Positions 10,425 to 19,740 of a DNA stretch of 20,000 bases are shown here, in pieces. The stretch lies in assembly GCF_004010195.1 (NCBI RefSeq), contig NW_025215138.1, forward strand, positions 46,423-66,422. The letters are read 5' to 3'. The first letter of the stretch is position 1. Every line of letters starts with the position of its first letter. The DNA is from Chiloscyllium plagiosum (Eukaryota). The position numbers and the translations under genes were made by a program. The notes beneath the pieces are model-generated. The model worked only from the letters and a program-made list of their open reading frames with translations, was not told the origin of the DNA and searched no databases.

Positions 10425-10545
10425 AATAAAGAACTCGGATACTGGAAATCTGAAAGAAAAAGAGAAATTGCTGGAAAAATTCATCAGGACTGGCAGCATC
10501 CATAGACAGAAAGCACAGTCAGTGTTTCTTACCCAGTGACCCTTG
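10425..10545. repeat. Short shark interspersed repeat resembling a Penelope-like element terminal repeat
   Basis: ctggaaatctgaaag..aaa.agaaattgctggaaaaattca.caggactggcagcatc..agacagaaagcacagt...ccagtgaccctt. Related decayed pieces at about 8058-8152 and 19566-19740. The family assignment is recalled. Confidence 0.45.
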
Positions 10546-11379
10546 TATACCTTGACAAACGCATTCATATTTATGATGAAGAGCAATACCCGATTCCCAA
10601 CTCCTGGAGGACTGGCACTGTAGAGCTCCATCCATTTGAAAAGAAATAATTACAGTATAACAAAGTAAGAAGCGGAGACCATTGAGTTATCACCTTGTAT
10701 ATGTGCTATCTGGAGCAGCTAGTGATCATTGGGAAAGTGAAATGTCAGCATTCACTCTGCGCAGATGTCAAGTGCCATTTATTCAGCTCTGTCCACTTAC
10801 TGAAGTATTTGGTAAATAAATTGAAGAAATAAATGTCAAAGCTGTTCTTAGTCACTCAACTGCTGGACCAATTAAAGCAAATATTTGATTTTTTTGGTCA
10901 TACTCTGAATCAAAGCACTTTTTTGAGTTGAAACAGTGATTCACTTGTACTTCTAACAATTTAGAATACTCTATTCACTGCACTGAAGTAACCCAATAAA
11001 TGAGTTCATGAATATTTTCCTCCTTTACCCAAAGCAAGTGTTGTGCTGTATTAAGTTGGTTCTGTGCACCTTTCATTTTTACATTTTTTATTCTGCTATG
11101 TGTGCACCCTGCAACATGCGCACTCTGCACAGTGTATGCCCTGCAATGTGTGTGCAAATTATAGCCCATCTTTTACATTCAACACCACTGAAAGCATTAA
11201 TTTAAAAATCTGCTCTCTGTTCTCTGTGAACAACCTTTTCAGCAACTGATCTCTGAGGTTTATGACTCATATTTCACCTGTTTACAATGTATCAGAGAGG
11301 CATAGAATCATTGTGGTAACGTGGAAGGCCATTTGCACCAGGTAGGTTTACTGTACATCACATGACATCTAAAAGAATG

Positions 11380-11748
11380 TGTGCTTTGAGGAAGCTGTAA
11401 AACAGCTTCAGGAGGTTTTGGACTGGCTTAGTGATTGGGTAAGTGCATGCAGATAGAATATAATGTGGAAAAAATGTGAGGTTTGAACCCTGACAGGATG
11501 CACAGATGTGGAATGTACTGATGCACAGACAGGCATAGATGTGCTTGTCAATAAGTTACCGAAGGCTAACATGCAGGCGTGGCAAGTAATTGGGAGGCTA
11601 ATGGAATGTTAGCCTCTATTGCAAGAGGATTTGAGTACAGGAGTAGTGAAATCTTGTTTCAATTATTCAAGAGCTTGATAAAGCTGCACCAGGAGTATTA
11701 TTTGCAATTTTGCTCACCTTTTGCCAGTAAATACATTATTGCATAGAA
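11380..11748 (+). mobile_element. CR1-type LINE, 5' part (split by a hAT insertion; continues at 15402-15840)
   Basis: EEAVKQLQEVLDWLSDW, ANGMLASIARGFEYRSSEILFQLFKSL and ..HQEYYLQF motifs, ending at attgcataga. Confidence 0.8.
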
Positions 11749-12014
11749 CCATGATCTCCAACATGTAGATCACAATTGACTAGTTCATTGCATTGACTCT
11801 GGCAGTCTATCTCATCAACCACCTTCCCTTGCTGCATGACTGCTGCTTCTAGAAGCTATCTGGCTGGACAAGAATGTTTGCTCTTAGTAGGCTTTGCCAA
11901 CTTATTGCATTTTTTCTTAGTTCAGCCCAGGTAGACTACCTTTACAAGATATGTTTTCTTATGATAATGAAAACAAAAGAATAAGAAATACTGTAGGACT
12001 GATGTATGAAACCA

Positions 12015-12155
12015 GTGTTTTACAGTGCTAGAAACATGAAAGGTTATTGAACCTATTGTGTCCACGTAGACTTCAGCAAGAACAGCTCAGCTAGTCACGT
12101 TTCTCTATTCTCTATAGAACTGCAACATTTTTCCTTCACCTGCTTATCTAATAGG
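12015..12155 (-). mobile_element. Short CR1 3'-tail fragment inside the hAT element
   Basis: gcaagaacagctcagctagtcac...ctgcaacatttttccttca..tgcttatctaat is a reversed CR1 3' UTR pattern. Confidence 0.45.
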
Positions 12156-13039
12156 TTTGTGCAGGGTGAAGAAATATTATGGAAAATGCTGTTGTGCCCC
12201 ACATCCATTATCCAATGTAAGCTGCTCGGGGCTACCCAAAACAAATTGCAATCCTATAATCTCCTTGCATGGCTCCAACTTTGTAAAGTGCTAGCAACCT
12301 TTTGGATATTCCAAAAATGTGGATTCTGAGCTCAACCTGCAGTGTGATCAGTGACAGAGTGACTACACAACTACAAGGTGAAGTAATAATGATGAGTGAT
12401 GAACCTGGAGCCTCTAAAAAGAAACAAACATATTTCACAGATGGTGAAGTACTTGAAGAAGCAATGACTGCGTCTATTGCCTCTTTATTCAAAGATTTGA
12501 TGAAAATGAATTAATAATACTTGCAACGCAGTGCGTGTTACTTGGTGTTTCTGCAATAGCAAGAAGAGTCTTTGACCAAAGACATTTTTCAGCAACCTCA
12601 ACAGGACCTGAAGGACTGTGAATGCTTCTCACTGCAGTTCAATGAAACCACTGATATGATTGACACAGCCCAGCTAATTCTTTTTGTGTGCAAGATGATT
12701 AATGGCACAACAAATAAAGAGCATCTTTTCACCCTTCTTCCCCAAGAGATGATGATATCCACATTAAATTCTCAAGTTCATGCTTGAGAAAAAAATTCCA
12801 GTTAAGAAAATAATTTCTGTCACAACTGATGGTGCATCAACTGTGCTTGGTACAAATATGAACTTTCTTTCAGTTTGCATAATTGATCCCAATTTCCCTT
12901 CTTTCCTCAATTGTTACTGGATAACCCACCAGCAAGCAGTAGCGAGTAACGTTATGAACTTTTCTCCAACAATGACAGTTGTTGTTAAGATTGTAAACTC
13001 AATTCAAGCAAGAACCATTCAACACAGCTTGTTTTAAGT

Positions 13040-13505
13040 CCTTGTGAGGAAAGGTTGAGTAGATTGGGTCTATACTCATTAGAATATAGAAGAATGAGAG
13101 GTGACCTCGCTTAAACATGCATGATTCTTTGGGGACTTGCCAGGATGGATGCAGAAAGGCTCTTTCCCCATATGGGAGAATCTCTGACCTGAGGACATAA
13201 CCTCAGAATAAGGGGTTTACATTCAGGACAGACATGAGGAGGAAATTCTTATCTCAGAAGATTACAAGCCTGTGGAATTCTTTACCACATATAGGAGTTG
13301 AGGCTGGGTTATTAGATATTTTCAAGGCTGAGAGATAGGGATTTTAATCTTTAAAGGAATCAAGTCCTATAATAAAAAGGCAGGAAAGGGCAGTTGAGGA
13401 TTATCAGATCAGCCATGATATCGTTGAATGTCAGAGCAGACTTGATGGGCTGAGTGGCGTGAAATAAGAACAAATAAGAATTGTGTTCTTATATTGTGTG
13501 GCCTT
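13040..13505 (+). mobile_element. CR1 LINE 3' end inserted in the hAT transposase
   Basis: EERLSRLGLYSLEYRRMRGDL followed by the CR1 3' UTR (gatcagccatgat..gttgaatg..agagcagacttgatgggctga). Transposase homology flanks both sides. Confidence 0.85.
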
Positions 13506-14096
13506 AGTTGTTACTCAGTTAATTTGATGTTCTCTATTGTGAACTATTCCTTCATGTTGAAGTGAGGTAGTTAATTCCTGCAACAATTTTTTTTTGATCT
13601 GATGCTTGAAATTGCCACTTTTCTTAACTTAAGGAATGAAATGTGCAGTGAGCTGACAGATATTGCTCACTTCAGGTTCCTTACAGACAAAAGGTCAAAA
13701 CTGAGCAAGCTGAATTGTGAACTGCAGGGAAAGGACAGCGACTTAGCAACATGTGATCAGTGCTGTGAATGCATTTAAACTGAAACTAGGTCTGTGGTCC
13801 TCCCAATTAAAAATAAAATGCTGCAAAACATCGTGAGTCTGGAATGAAATATGATGGAACAAATTGTCATGTATTTCTCAAATCCATTCCTTCAAGTTGA
13901 GATTGGTGTGTTGGCTAGCTGTTCCATCAGGTGTTGATTTATAATGCAGTGGAGTTAAAACGGATAGAATTACAATACAAAATGATAATGAGCTGAAAGT
14001 AAGATTAAGGAAAAACTATTTTTGGGGACTCATAAGCAGTGAAAATAATCAGTCCAATCATCTAGTGCTTTTAAAGTGAAAGTTTATTTTGACTCC

Positions 14097-15097
14097 GGCA
14101 TGGTGGGTCAGTGGTTAGAATTGCTATCTCACAGAGACAGGAACCCATGTTTGATTCCACCCTCGGGTGATTAACTGTGGTTTGCACATTCTCATTGTGT
14201 CTGCATGGGTTTCCTCCTGGTGCTCTGGTTTCATCCCATAGTCCAATAATACGCAGGCTAGGTGGACTAGCCATATGAAAAACATGCAGGGACATAGGAT
14301 CTTGGTGGGATGCTCTTCAGACTGGTAGTGTGGACTCAGTGGCCAGAATGGCCTGCTTCCACATTGTATGGATTCTGTTATGACACGGGGTAAACTGTCC
14401 TGCTTAATTTAAAACCAGCAACACAAAAAAGATTTATCCTGTGCAGTAACCTATGAAAATTCTATAAGCCAAGAACTAGCTAAAATAAAAATTAATAACT
14501 TTCTTTCTTAAAGTATAAAAGAGAATAATTAACTAACAACTATGTACAACTCCTTCTGCTAACCTATCTTTTACCTTCCCTTCTATGATACTAGCCCAAC
14601 AAATGTCCCGATTATGATTTACAAAACAAAGCCTCTCATCTCAAAACCGGGCAGCTATCGGTTCTTCTCTGTATTTCAGTCTTCTTTCCTTCTTCTTGGA
14701 GATTCTGCTTCACAGGTTACTGATCGTTAAAGGTACCTTTAAGAGAGCTATTTTTCGGGCAGTGTTTTTACATGCTGGTGGCTTGGTAGTTCTCATCTCA
14801 ACTGTTCAATTTTCCTGGTCTTATATACACAAAGCATCGGATTGTGTCATTGGCTTTTAAGATTATCAATATATTAAATTCAAACTGGATTGGAGTTTGG
14901 CATTTTTCGGGGTATACTTTAAACTGATAGGGCTAATTCAAATCTGTTTTGTTGTTTCCAGGCAACCAGCTAATCGAATTGTTTGACCAAATGTTACATG
15001 ATTTATTTTTCAGAACACTTGGTTCTGTCAGGTAGTTCTGTTGCTTTTAATTCCCTCAAAGGCACAGTACACCCACATTTTCATAACAATTCTATGA
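14097..15097 (+). mobile_element. HE1 SINE (14097-14375 plus tail 15089-15097) inserted in the hAT transposase and itself split by a solo LTR
   Basis: ggcatggtgggtcagtggttag head and V-domain; the tail ...gtatggattc|tatga is split by the LTR. Confidence 0.8.
14376..15088 (-). mobile_element. Solo LTR (713 bp)
   Basis: Perfect 8-bp inverted termini TGTTATGA...TCATAACA; perfect 4-bp TSD ATTC (14372-14375 and 15089-15092). On the minus strand CCAAT (14849-14853) lies upstream of TATATAAG (14820-14827). Confidence 0.85.
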
Positions 15098-15401
15098 CCT
15101 CTGTGAGATAGCATTAATCCCAACTGAAGATAATTAAGTCCTCTAAGTATTGCACCCACATCACATACCTATTTGATGGGCTATGTACAATGGTCTTCTA
15201 GGCATTGGCAGATAATGTGCAGTCACAGGTATCACACTGAGACACACTGAATAGAGGATAAAATAAAAACTTCTATAACTTAGTTTTAGATTTTTGTGGC
15301 ACTAAAAATAAACTGTTTATTCTGTACTTTCTGAGGATAGATCCAGGCTTGCACTTAAATTCATAAAATGATTTTGCATTTAAAACCTTTGGTCACCACT
15401 G

Positions 15402-15840
15402 CCATAGAGGGAATGCAGCAAATGTTCAGCTGACTTGTTCCTGGGATAACAGGTTAGGCAAACGGGGACTGTATTCATGAGTTTCAAAGAATGAAAGATG
15501 ATCTCATTGACACCTACAAAAAAACTTGAAGGACTAGACAAGGTATGATGTTTCCCCTAGTTGGGGAGTCCAGAACCAACCGACACAGTTTAAAAATAAG
15601 CGGGATGCAATCTAGGCCTGAGCTGAGAAGATTTTTTTTACTTAGAGTGTTGTGAGCATTTTGAATTCTCTACCACAAATGGCTTTGAGTATGTTTAAGG
15701 TAGAGATTAATAGATTTCTGATCAGGAATGGTGTGCAGAGTTATAGAGATGGGATGAGTAAAAGGAATTGAAGTGTTCAGTCAGTTTTGATCATATTGAA
15801 TGAGCTGTATGCCCTCCTTCTGTTCCTAGATTCCTATATT
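15402..15840 (+). mobile_element. CR1-type LINE, 3' part (continuation of 11380-11748)
   Basis: Resumes at ccatagagggaatgcag (IEGMQ), then FQRMKDDLIDTYK, and a 3' UTR ending cttctgttcctagattcctat. Confidence 0.8.
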
Positions 15841-16470
15841 CATTAAGATATGATCAATTTAGTTACAAAGAATCTTGGGTGTGTTATAGTAGATTTTTCA
15901 ATCTCTCAATTTATCATCTGTTGGATGTATAAAAGTGTATTGTAACATCTGCTAATAAAGAAGATGAGCCATGACAGTTTAATGAGAGATCAGGATGCTC
16001 TAAGCTTTAGTTAATTCCCTGCATCTGCTCCACCCTCTGACATGGGATCAAATGAAGAGTCACTGTGGGATCTCACCGTGCAGCTCACCGCGACTATTTA
16101 GAGAAGCTTTGTAATAATCCCAGCCCTTAGACACAGGACTAGGTTCAGTGTGCATGAATTACAGTCATCAGTGTCGAAATGATTATTGACCAGCAGTAGT
16201 TGTGATGTTTTTGAGTCAATCCTCTATTTCTGTGGAAATTTAGCACATAATGCTTGCACGAGCTCTCTGAAAGAATTGGCCAATTAACCTGACACCCCTG
16301 CTTTTCTGGCATAGACCTGCAAATGTGTCCTTTTCAAATATTCATCCAAATCACTTAAAATGTTCTAGTTTAATCTCCTTCCATACCCTTCTGCATAGCC
16401 TACTCTAGATAATCATAACTCACTGCACTAAAAGATTGCATTGTTTAAAAATTATTGGCACTTTTAAAAC

Positions 16471-16722
16471 TATTGCTCATAGGATGTTAGGTTCCATGGT
16501 AAAGGCAAAAGTTGTGATCCTTCTCTAGGGGAATTAGGAATGGGCTATAAATGCTTACCGAGCCAGTATCACCCATGTCCCATGAAGGAAAAACTTTAAA
16601 AATTGCTGCTGAGATGGTGGGGGTGAGCTACCTCTTGAACCACTGCAATCCTTGGGTGGTAGATACACCAACAGCACTGTTTGGGAGAGAGTACCAGGAT
16701 ATTCATTCAGGTATAGTGAAGG
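16471..16722 (-). mobile_element. 3' end of the LINE family also seen at 2355-2651, with an inverted copy of its own tail at 16528-16600
   Basis: Minus-strand tail 16471-16527 and ORF-end segment 16601-16722 flank a plus-strand tail ggggaattaggaatgggctataaatgc...ccatgtcccatgaa. Confidence 0.55.
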
Positions 16723-16744
16723 CATGCCAACATAAGGAGATGTA

Positions 16745-17378
16745 CTAGTACTTTGGTAATGTCACTGAACTTATGAACTAGAGGTCCAATCTAATGATCT
16801 GGGGACATGGTTAAAATCTCAACGTGGCAGTAGAAAGCATTTAAATTCAATGAACAAATTAAATATTTGAAGAAAGTCCCTGTAATGATGACTTTGAAAC
16901 TAAAACCTGTCATGTGTATTTATACCCTCTTTAATAGTTAAGTCTTAACAGTTGTCTGAAATGGCCTAGCAAGCCAATCAACTCAGAGAGTCATACAGCA
17001 CGGAAACAGGCCCTTCAGCCTGGCCAGTCCATGTTCCCAAGCTAAATTAGTGCATTTGGACTATATCCCTCCAAAGATTTCTTATTCATGTACTTATCGA
17101 AATGTCTTTTAAACATTGTAACTGTATCCGCATTCAGCACTTCCTCTCGAAGTTCATTCCACACACAGAGAAAATTTTTCTCCTTTCACCTTTAAAATGT
17201 GTTCCCTAGTCTTGAAATCCCCCACCCTAAGGAAAAAGCATCTGCCATTCACCTTATCTATATCCCTCACTCCTCAATCTTCCACGCTCCAGTGAAAAAA
17301 AAGCTTTTGGGCAATTAGGGACATGTAACAAATGCTGACCTTGCCAGTAATGCCAGTAATTCAGTAAAGACGAATTTT
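16745..17378 (+). mobile_element. Second (non-HE1) tRNA-derived SINE, interrupted by a CR1 3' end
   Basis: Head tggtaatgtcactgaact...gatctggggacatggttaaaatctc, body ...ctgaaatggcctagcaagcca up to about 16985, resuming at about 17309 with gggcaattaggga...aaatgctgaccttgccag. Shares its tail with the LINE at 16471-16722. Confidence 0.6.
16985..17302 (-). mobile_element. CR1/HER1 LINE 3' end
   Basis: agagtcatacagcacggaaacaggcccttc (reversed tail) through ctcctcaatcttccacgctccagtgaaaa (FSLERGRLR on the minus strand). Confidence 0.8.
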
Positions 17379-17419
17379 CACATTTCAATTTCTGACAAAC
17401 TTTACTCGTTTCCTTGTAG

Positions 17420-17617
17420 GACCTTCTGAAGGACACAATGATCCAGCTTTTACATGTGGTAGCGGATGCAGACAAGGATGTTGTGGAAGTGGATGATTCT
17501 AAAGTTGAGATTCCACCAGATAACGAGATTCCAATGAAATTCCAACATCGTCAACAGGGAACAAGAATGCGGAAAAACTGCAAGAATTTCTTCTGGAAGA
17601 GCTATGCTTTATGCTAA
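17420..17617 (+). CDS. SST: Preprosomatostatin-family gene, coding exon 2 (propeptide, RK cleavage site and mature peptide [13 protein letters not shown]); paralog probably SST3-type
   Basis: Acceptor tttactcgtttccttgtag|G at 17419/17420, with branch-point-like CTGAC at 17392-17396. In phase 0 it reads [65 protein letters not shown] (TAA 17615-17617). C-K-N-F-F-W-K-x4-C-stop after a dibasic RK is the somatostatin signature. The paralog assignment is recalled, not tested. Confidence 0.95.
   Translation, partial: [65 protein letters not shown]
17576..17614 (+). other. Predicted mature cyclic peptide [13 protein letters not shown] (13 aa, Cys2-Cys13)
   Basis: Directly follows CGG AAA (Arg-Lys, 17570-17575) and ends at the stop codon. 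The 12-residue disulfide ring is the same size as in SST-14. Confidence 0.85.
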
Positions 17618-17618
17618 C

Positions 17619-17905
17619 ACATTGTACTCCATTGTATGCACTGAGCCCTCTCCACTCTATCTCACTTACCTATACCCTGCCACACTGCTCTTAACCGCAC
17701 TATACCGCAGTGACTCCATCCCACTGCACACTACTATGCTGCACTATACAACATTATAAACACTGTAGCACATTGTATCCCTTTGTACCACATTGCTACA
17801 CACTGTAGACCACTGTACTCCACTGTAAAGTACAGAGTTTTTCACACTATACTTCTTTGTACTACTGTGTATTCCAATGGGCTCATCCCATTGATACCAT
17901 TGTAA
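17619..17905 (+). repeat. Degenerate CA(C/T)TGTA-rich simple repeat in the 3' UTR
   Basis: Recurrent cactgta/cattgta/cactata motifs, e.g. acattgtactccattgta, acactgtagcacattgta, acactgtagaccactgtactccactgta. Confidence 0.6.
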
Positions 17906-18040
17906 TCCGACAATAGTTGCAATTAATCTGCAATACAACTGAAGCTTTACTTTCATCTATTAATTCAGCACATCCTTTACTTTTTGTACTTTTTGTACAA
18001 CTGTACTGAAAGTCATTGAGTAACTCTTTAAGCATGATGC

Positions 18041-18046
18041 AATAAA
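18041..18046 (+). terminator. Polyadenylation signal of the somatostatin-family gene (3' UTR about 17618-18065)
   Basis: First AATAAA seen downstream of the stop codon (about 425 nt after it), before the next CR1 insertion. Confidence 0.6.
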
Positions 18047-18204
18047 AATCATTTCAAATTTGAAGATCATGCTACAGTTTCTGTCTAATTTACATGCTTT
18101 CATATATTTCTAACAACCTGGTGAAATTTATCATCTTGAGAATCCAGAGATTGAGGCCTTACCGAGAATTTAGTTATAGGCACACTAAGATGACAATTCC
18201 ACAC

Positions 18205-19049
18205 AATACTGAGGGGATATTGCATTGTCATGGGTGTAATCTTTCTGACAGTCTGTCTGTTCGGGTAGCATGGAAATGTCACAGCACCAGTTGAAGATGA
18301 CAAGAGAATTAATGGTAGAGCCTGAGGAATGTTGTTGAACACAGGGACCATGGGTGCAGGTTCATAGCTCCTTGAAAGGGACATCACATGTAGACATGGG
18401 GATTAAGAATGTGTTTGGCATATTTGACTTCATTGGCCAGAGAACTGAGTATAGGAATCAGAATATCATCTTGCAGCTTTACAAGACATTAGTGAGGCTG
18501 CCTTGGAATACTGCATTCAATTCTAGTCTCATTGCTAGGAAGGATGTTGCTAAACTAGAAAGAGTACAGAGAAAATTTACAAGGATGTTGCTAGGACTGG
18601 AGAATTTAAGTAATAAGAAGAGGCTGGACAGGCTGGGATTCTTTTTCCTGGAGCATTGCAAGCTGAGGGGTGACCTGATAGAGGTTTGTAAGATCATGAC
18701 ATTCATAGATAAGTTGAAATGCCAAGGTCATTATCCAAGGGGAGGGGAATCCAAAACGAGAGGGCATAAGATTAAGGTGAGATGGGAAAGATGTAAAAGA
18801 GACCCAAGAAGCAATTTTTTCCCACAGAGGGCGGTGCATGTATGAAATGAGTTGTCAGAGAAAATAGTAAAGGTGAGTACAATTAAAAAATTTAAAAGGC
18901 ATCTGGATGGGTTCGTGAATGGGAAGAGCTGAGAGCGACATGGGCCAAATATTGGCAAATGGGACGGCTTAAGTTTGGGATACCTAGTCAGCATGGTCAA
19001 GTTGGATCAAAGGGTCTGTTGCTGTGCTCTATGACTCTATGACTCTATG
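18205..19049 (+). mobile_element. CR1/HER1 LINE 3' portion with (ACTCTATG)n tail
   Basis: ORF 18354..18845: LQLYKTLVRL..KLERVQRKFTRMLLGLENLSNKKRLDRLGFFFLEHCKLRGDLIEV..KTRGH. Terminal ctctatgactctatgactctatg. Confidence 0.9.
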
Positions 19050-19214
19050 TTTGTCATATTCTTGAAAACCATATCTAAAAGCAATTACACTAGGCATTGA
19101 TTAATTTGCTGTTTGTGTGGTCTTGTCTTGTCACAACTGGCTGCTGCATTATAACAGTTTGAACTTCAAAGATCTAAAGATTCACCTGTCCTCAACTTGT
19201 CAGGTACTAACTTA

Positions 19215-19345
19215 CAAACATATGAAATAGGAACAGAAAGGCATCATTCGACTGTTGAGCCATCTGCACTGTTAAATAACATCATTGCTGATCTGTTTGT
19301 GTTTTGAATTTCACATTCCCAACTCTTCCCAACAAACCTTGATTA
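19215..19345 (-). mobile_element. Short CR1 3'-tail fragment
   Basis: acatatgaaataggaacagaa..ggcatcattcg..gagcc..aataacatcattgctgatctg is a reversed CR1 3' UTR. Confidence 0.5.
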
Positions 19346-19740
19346 CTGTGCATTATTTCTGGATATCCCCAGTAATTATCCCATCTCCTTCTGTCATTCA
19401 CCTAGTTTCACACAAAACCAAAAACTCACATTCAAAACAATAAAACCATATACAGATCTAACTAATGAATTCTGAAATGTGCGCCTGAATTAAATGCCTC
19501 AGTGAAATCTTGATTTAATGAATGCCAAATCAACAATGTGAAGCTCATTCTGCACACTTCATACTAAAGCAAAATAAAATGGATGCTGAAACTCTTGGAT
19601 AAGGGCAAAACTGTTGGCAAAACACAACCGATAAGATAGGGCCTGTCAAGAAAGAAACAGAGTTAACATTTAATCTGAAAATTGACTCTATTTTTCTCCA
19701 TGGGTATTCCTGACCTGCTAAGTTTTTCCAAAATCTTATG

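Larger units (their letters stand above)
11749..15401 (+). mobile_element. Decayed hAT-Charlie/Buster (GTF2IRD2/ZBED8-like) DNA transposon
   Basis: Transposase pieces FTDGEVLEEAM, FSLQFNETTDMIDTAQLILFV, KIISVTTDGASTVLG, THQQAVAS..MTVVVKIVNSIQAR, KLSKLNCELQGKD, ISAVNAFKLKLGLW, FWGLISSE and LCE..QLKIIKS. Right end reads CAGTGGTGACCAA on the minus strand, with degenerate left end CCATGATCTCCAA. 8-bp TSD gcatagaa/ccatagag (6/8). Multiple stops and frameshifts. Confidence 0.85.
4740..17419 (+). other. Single phase-0 GT-AG intron of the somatostatin-family gene (12,680 bp)
   Basis: GTAAGA donor and polypyrimidine-TAG acceptor join exon 1 and exon 2 in frame into a 106-aa precursor. No other convincing coding exon was seen in between; the interval is mostly TE debris. 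Confidence 0.85.

Noticed and set aside
10500..10555. Hammerhead ribozyme in the Penelope-like repeat
   Set aside because: The minus strand keeps a GAAAC but lacks the CTGAnGA core.
12302..13037. Domesticated GTF2IRD2/ZBED8-like host gene
   Set aside because: Frameshifts, stops, a catalytic D>N change, nested insertions and retained TIR/TSD mark it as a dead transposon.
18354..18845. 163-aa ORF as a host gene
   Set aside because: It is the C-terminal part of CR1 ORF2 in a 5'-truncated copy ending in the (ACTCTATG)n tail.
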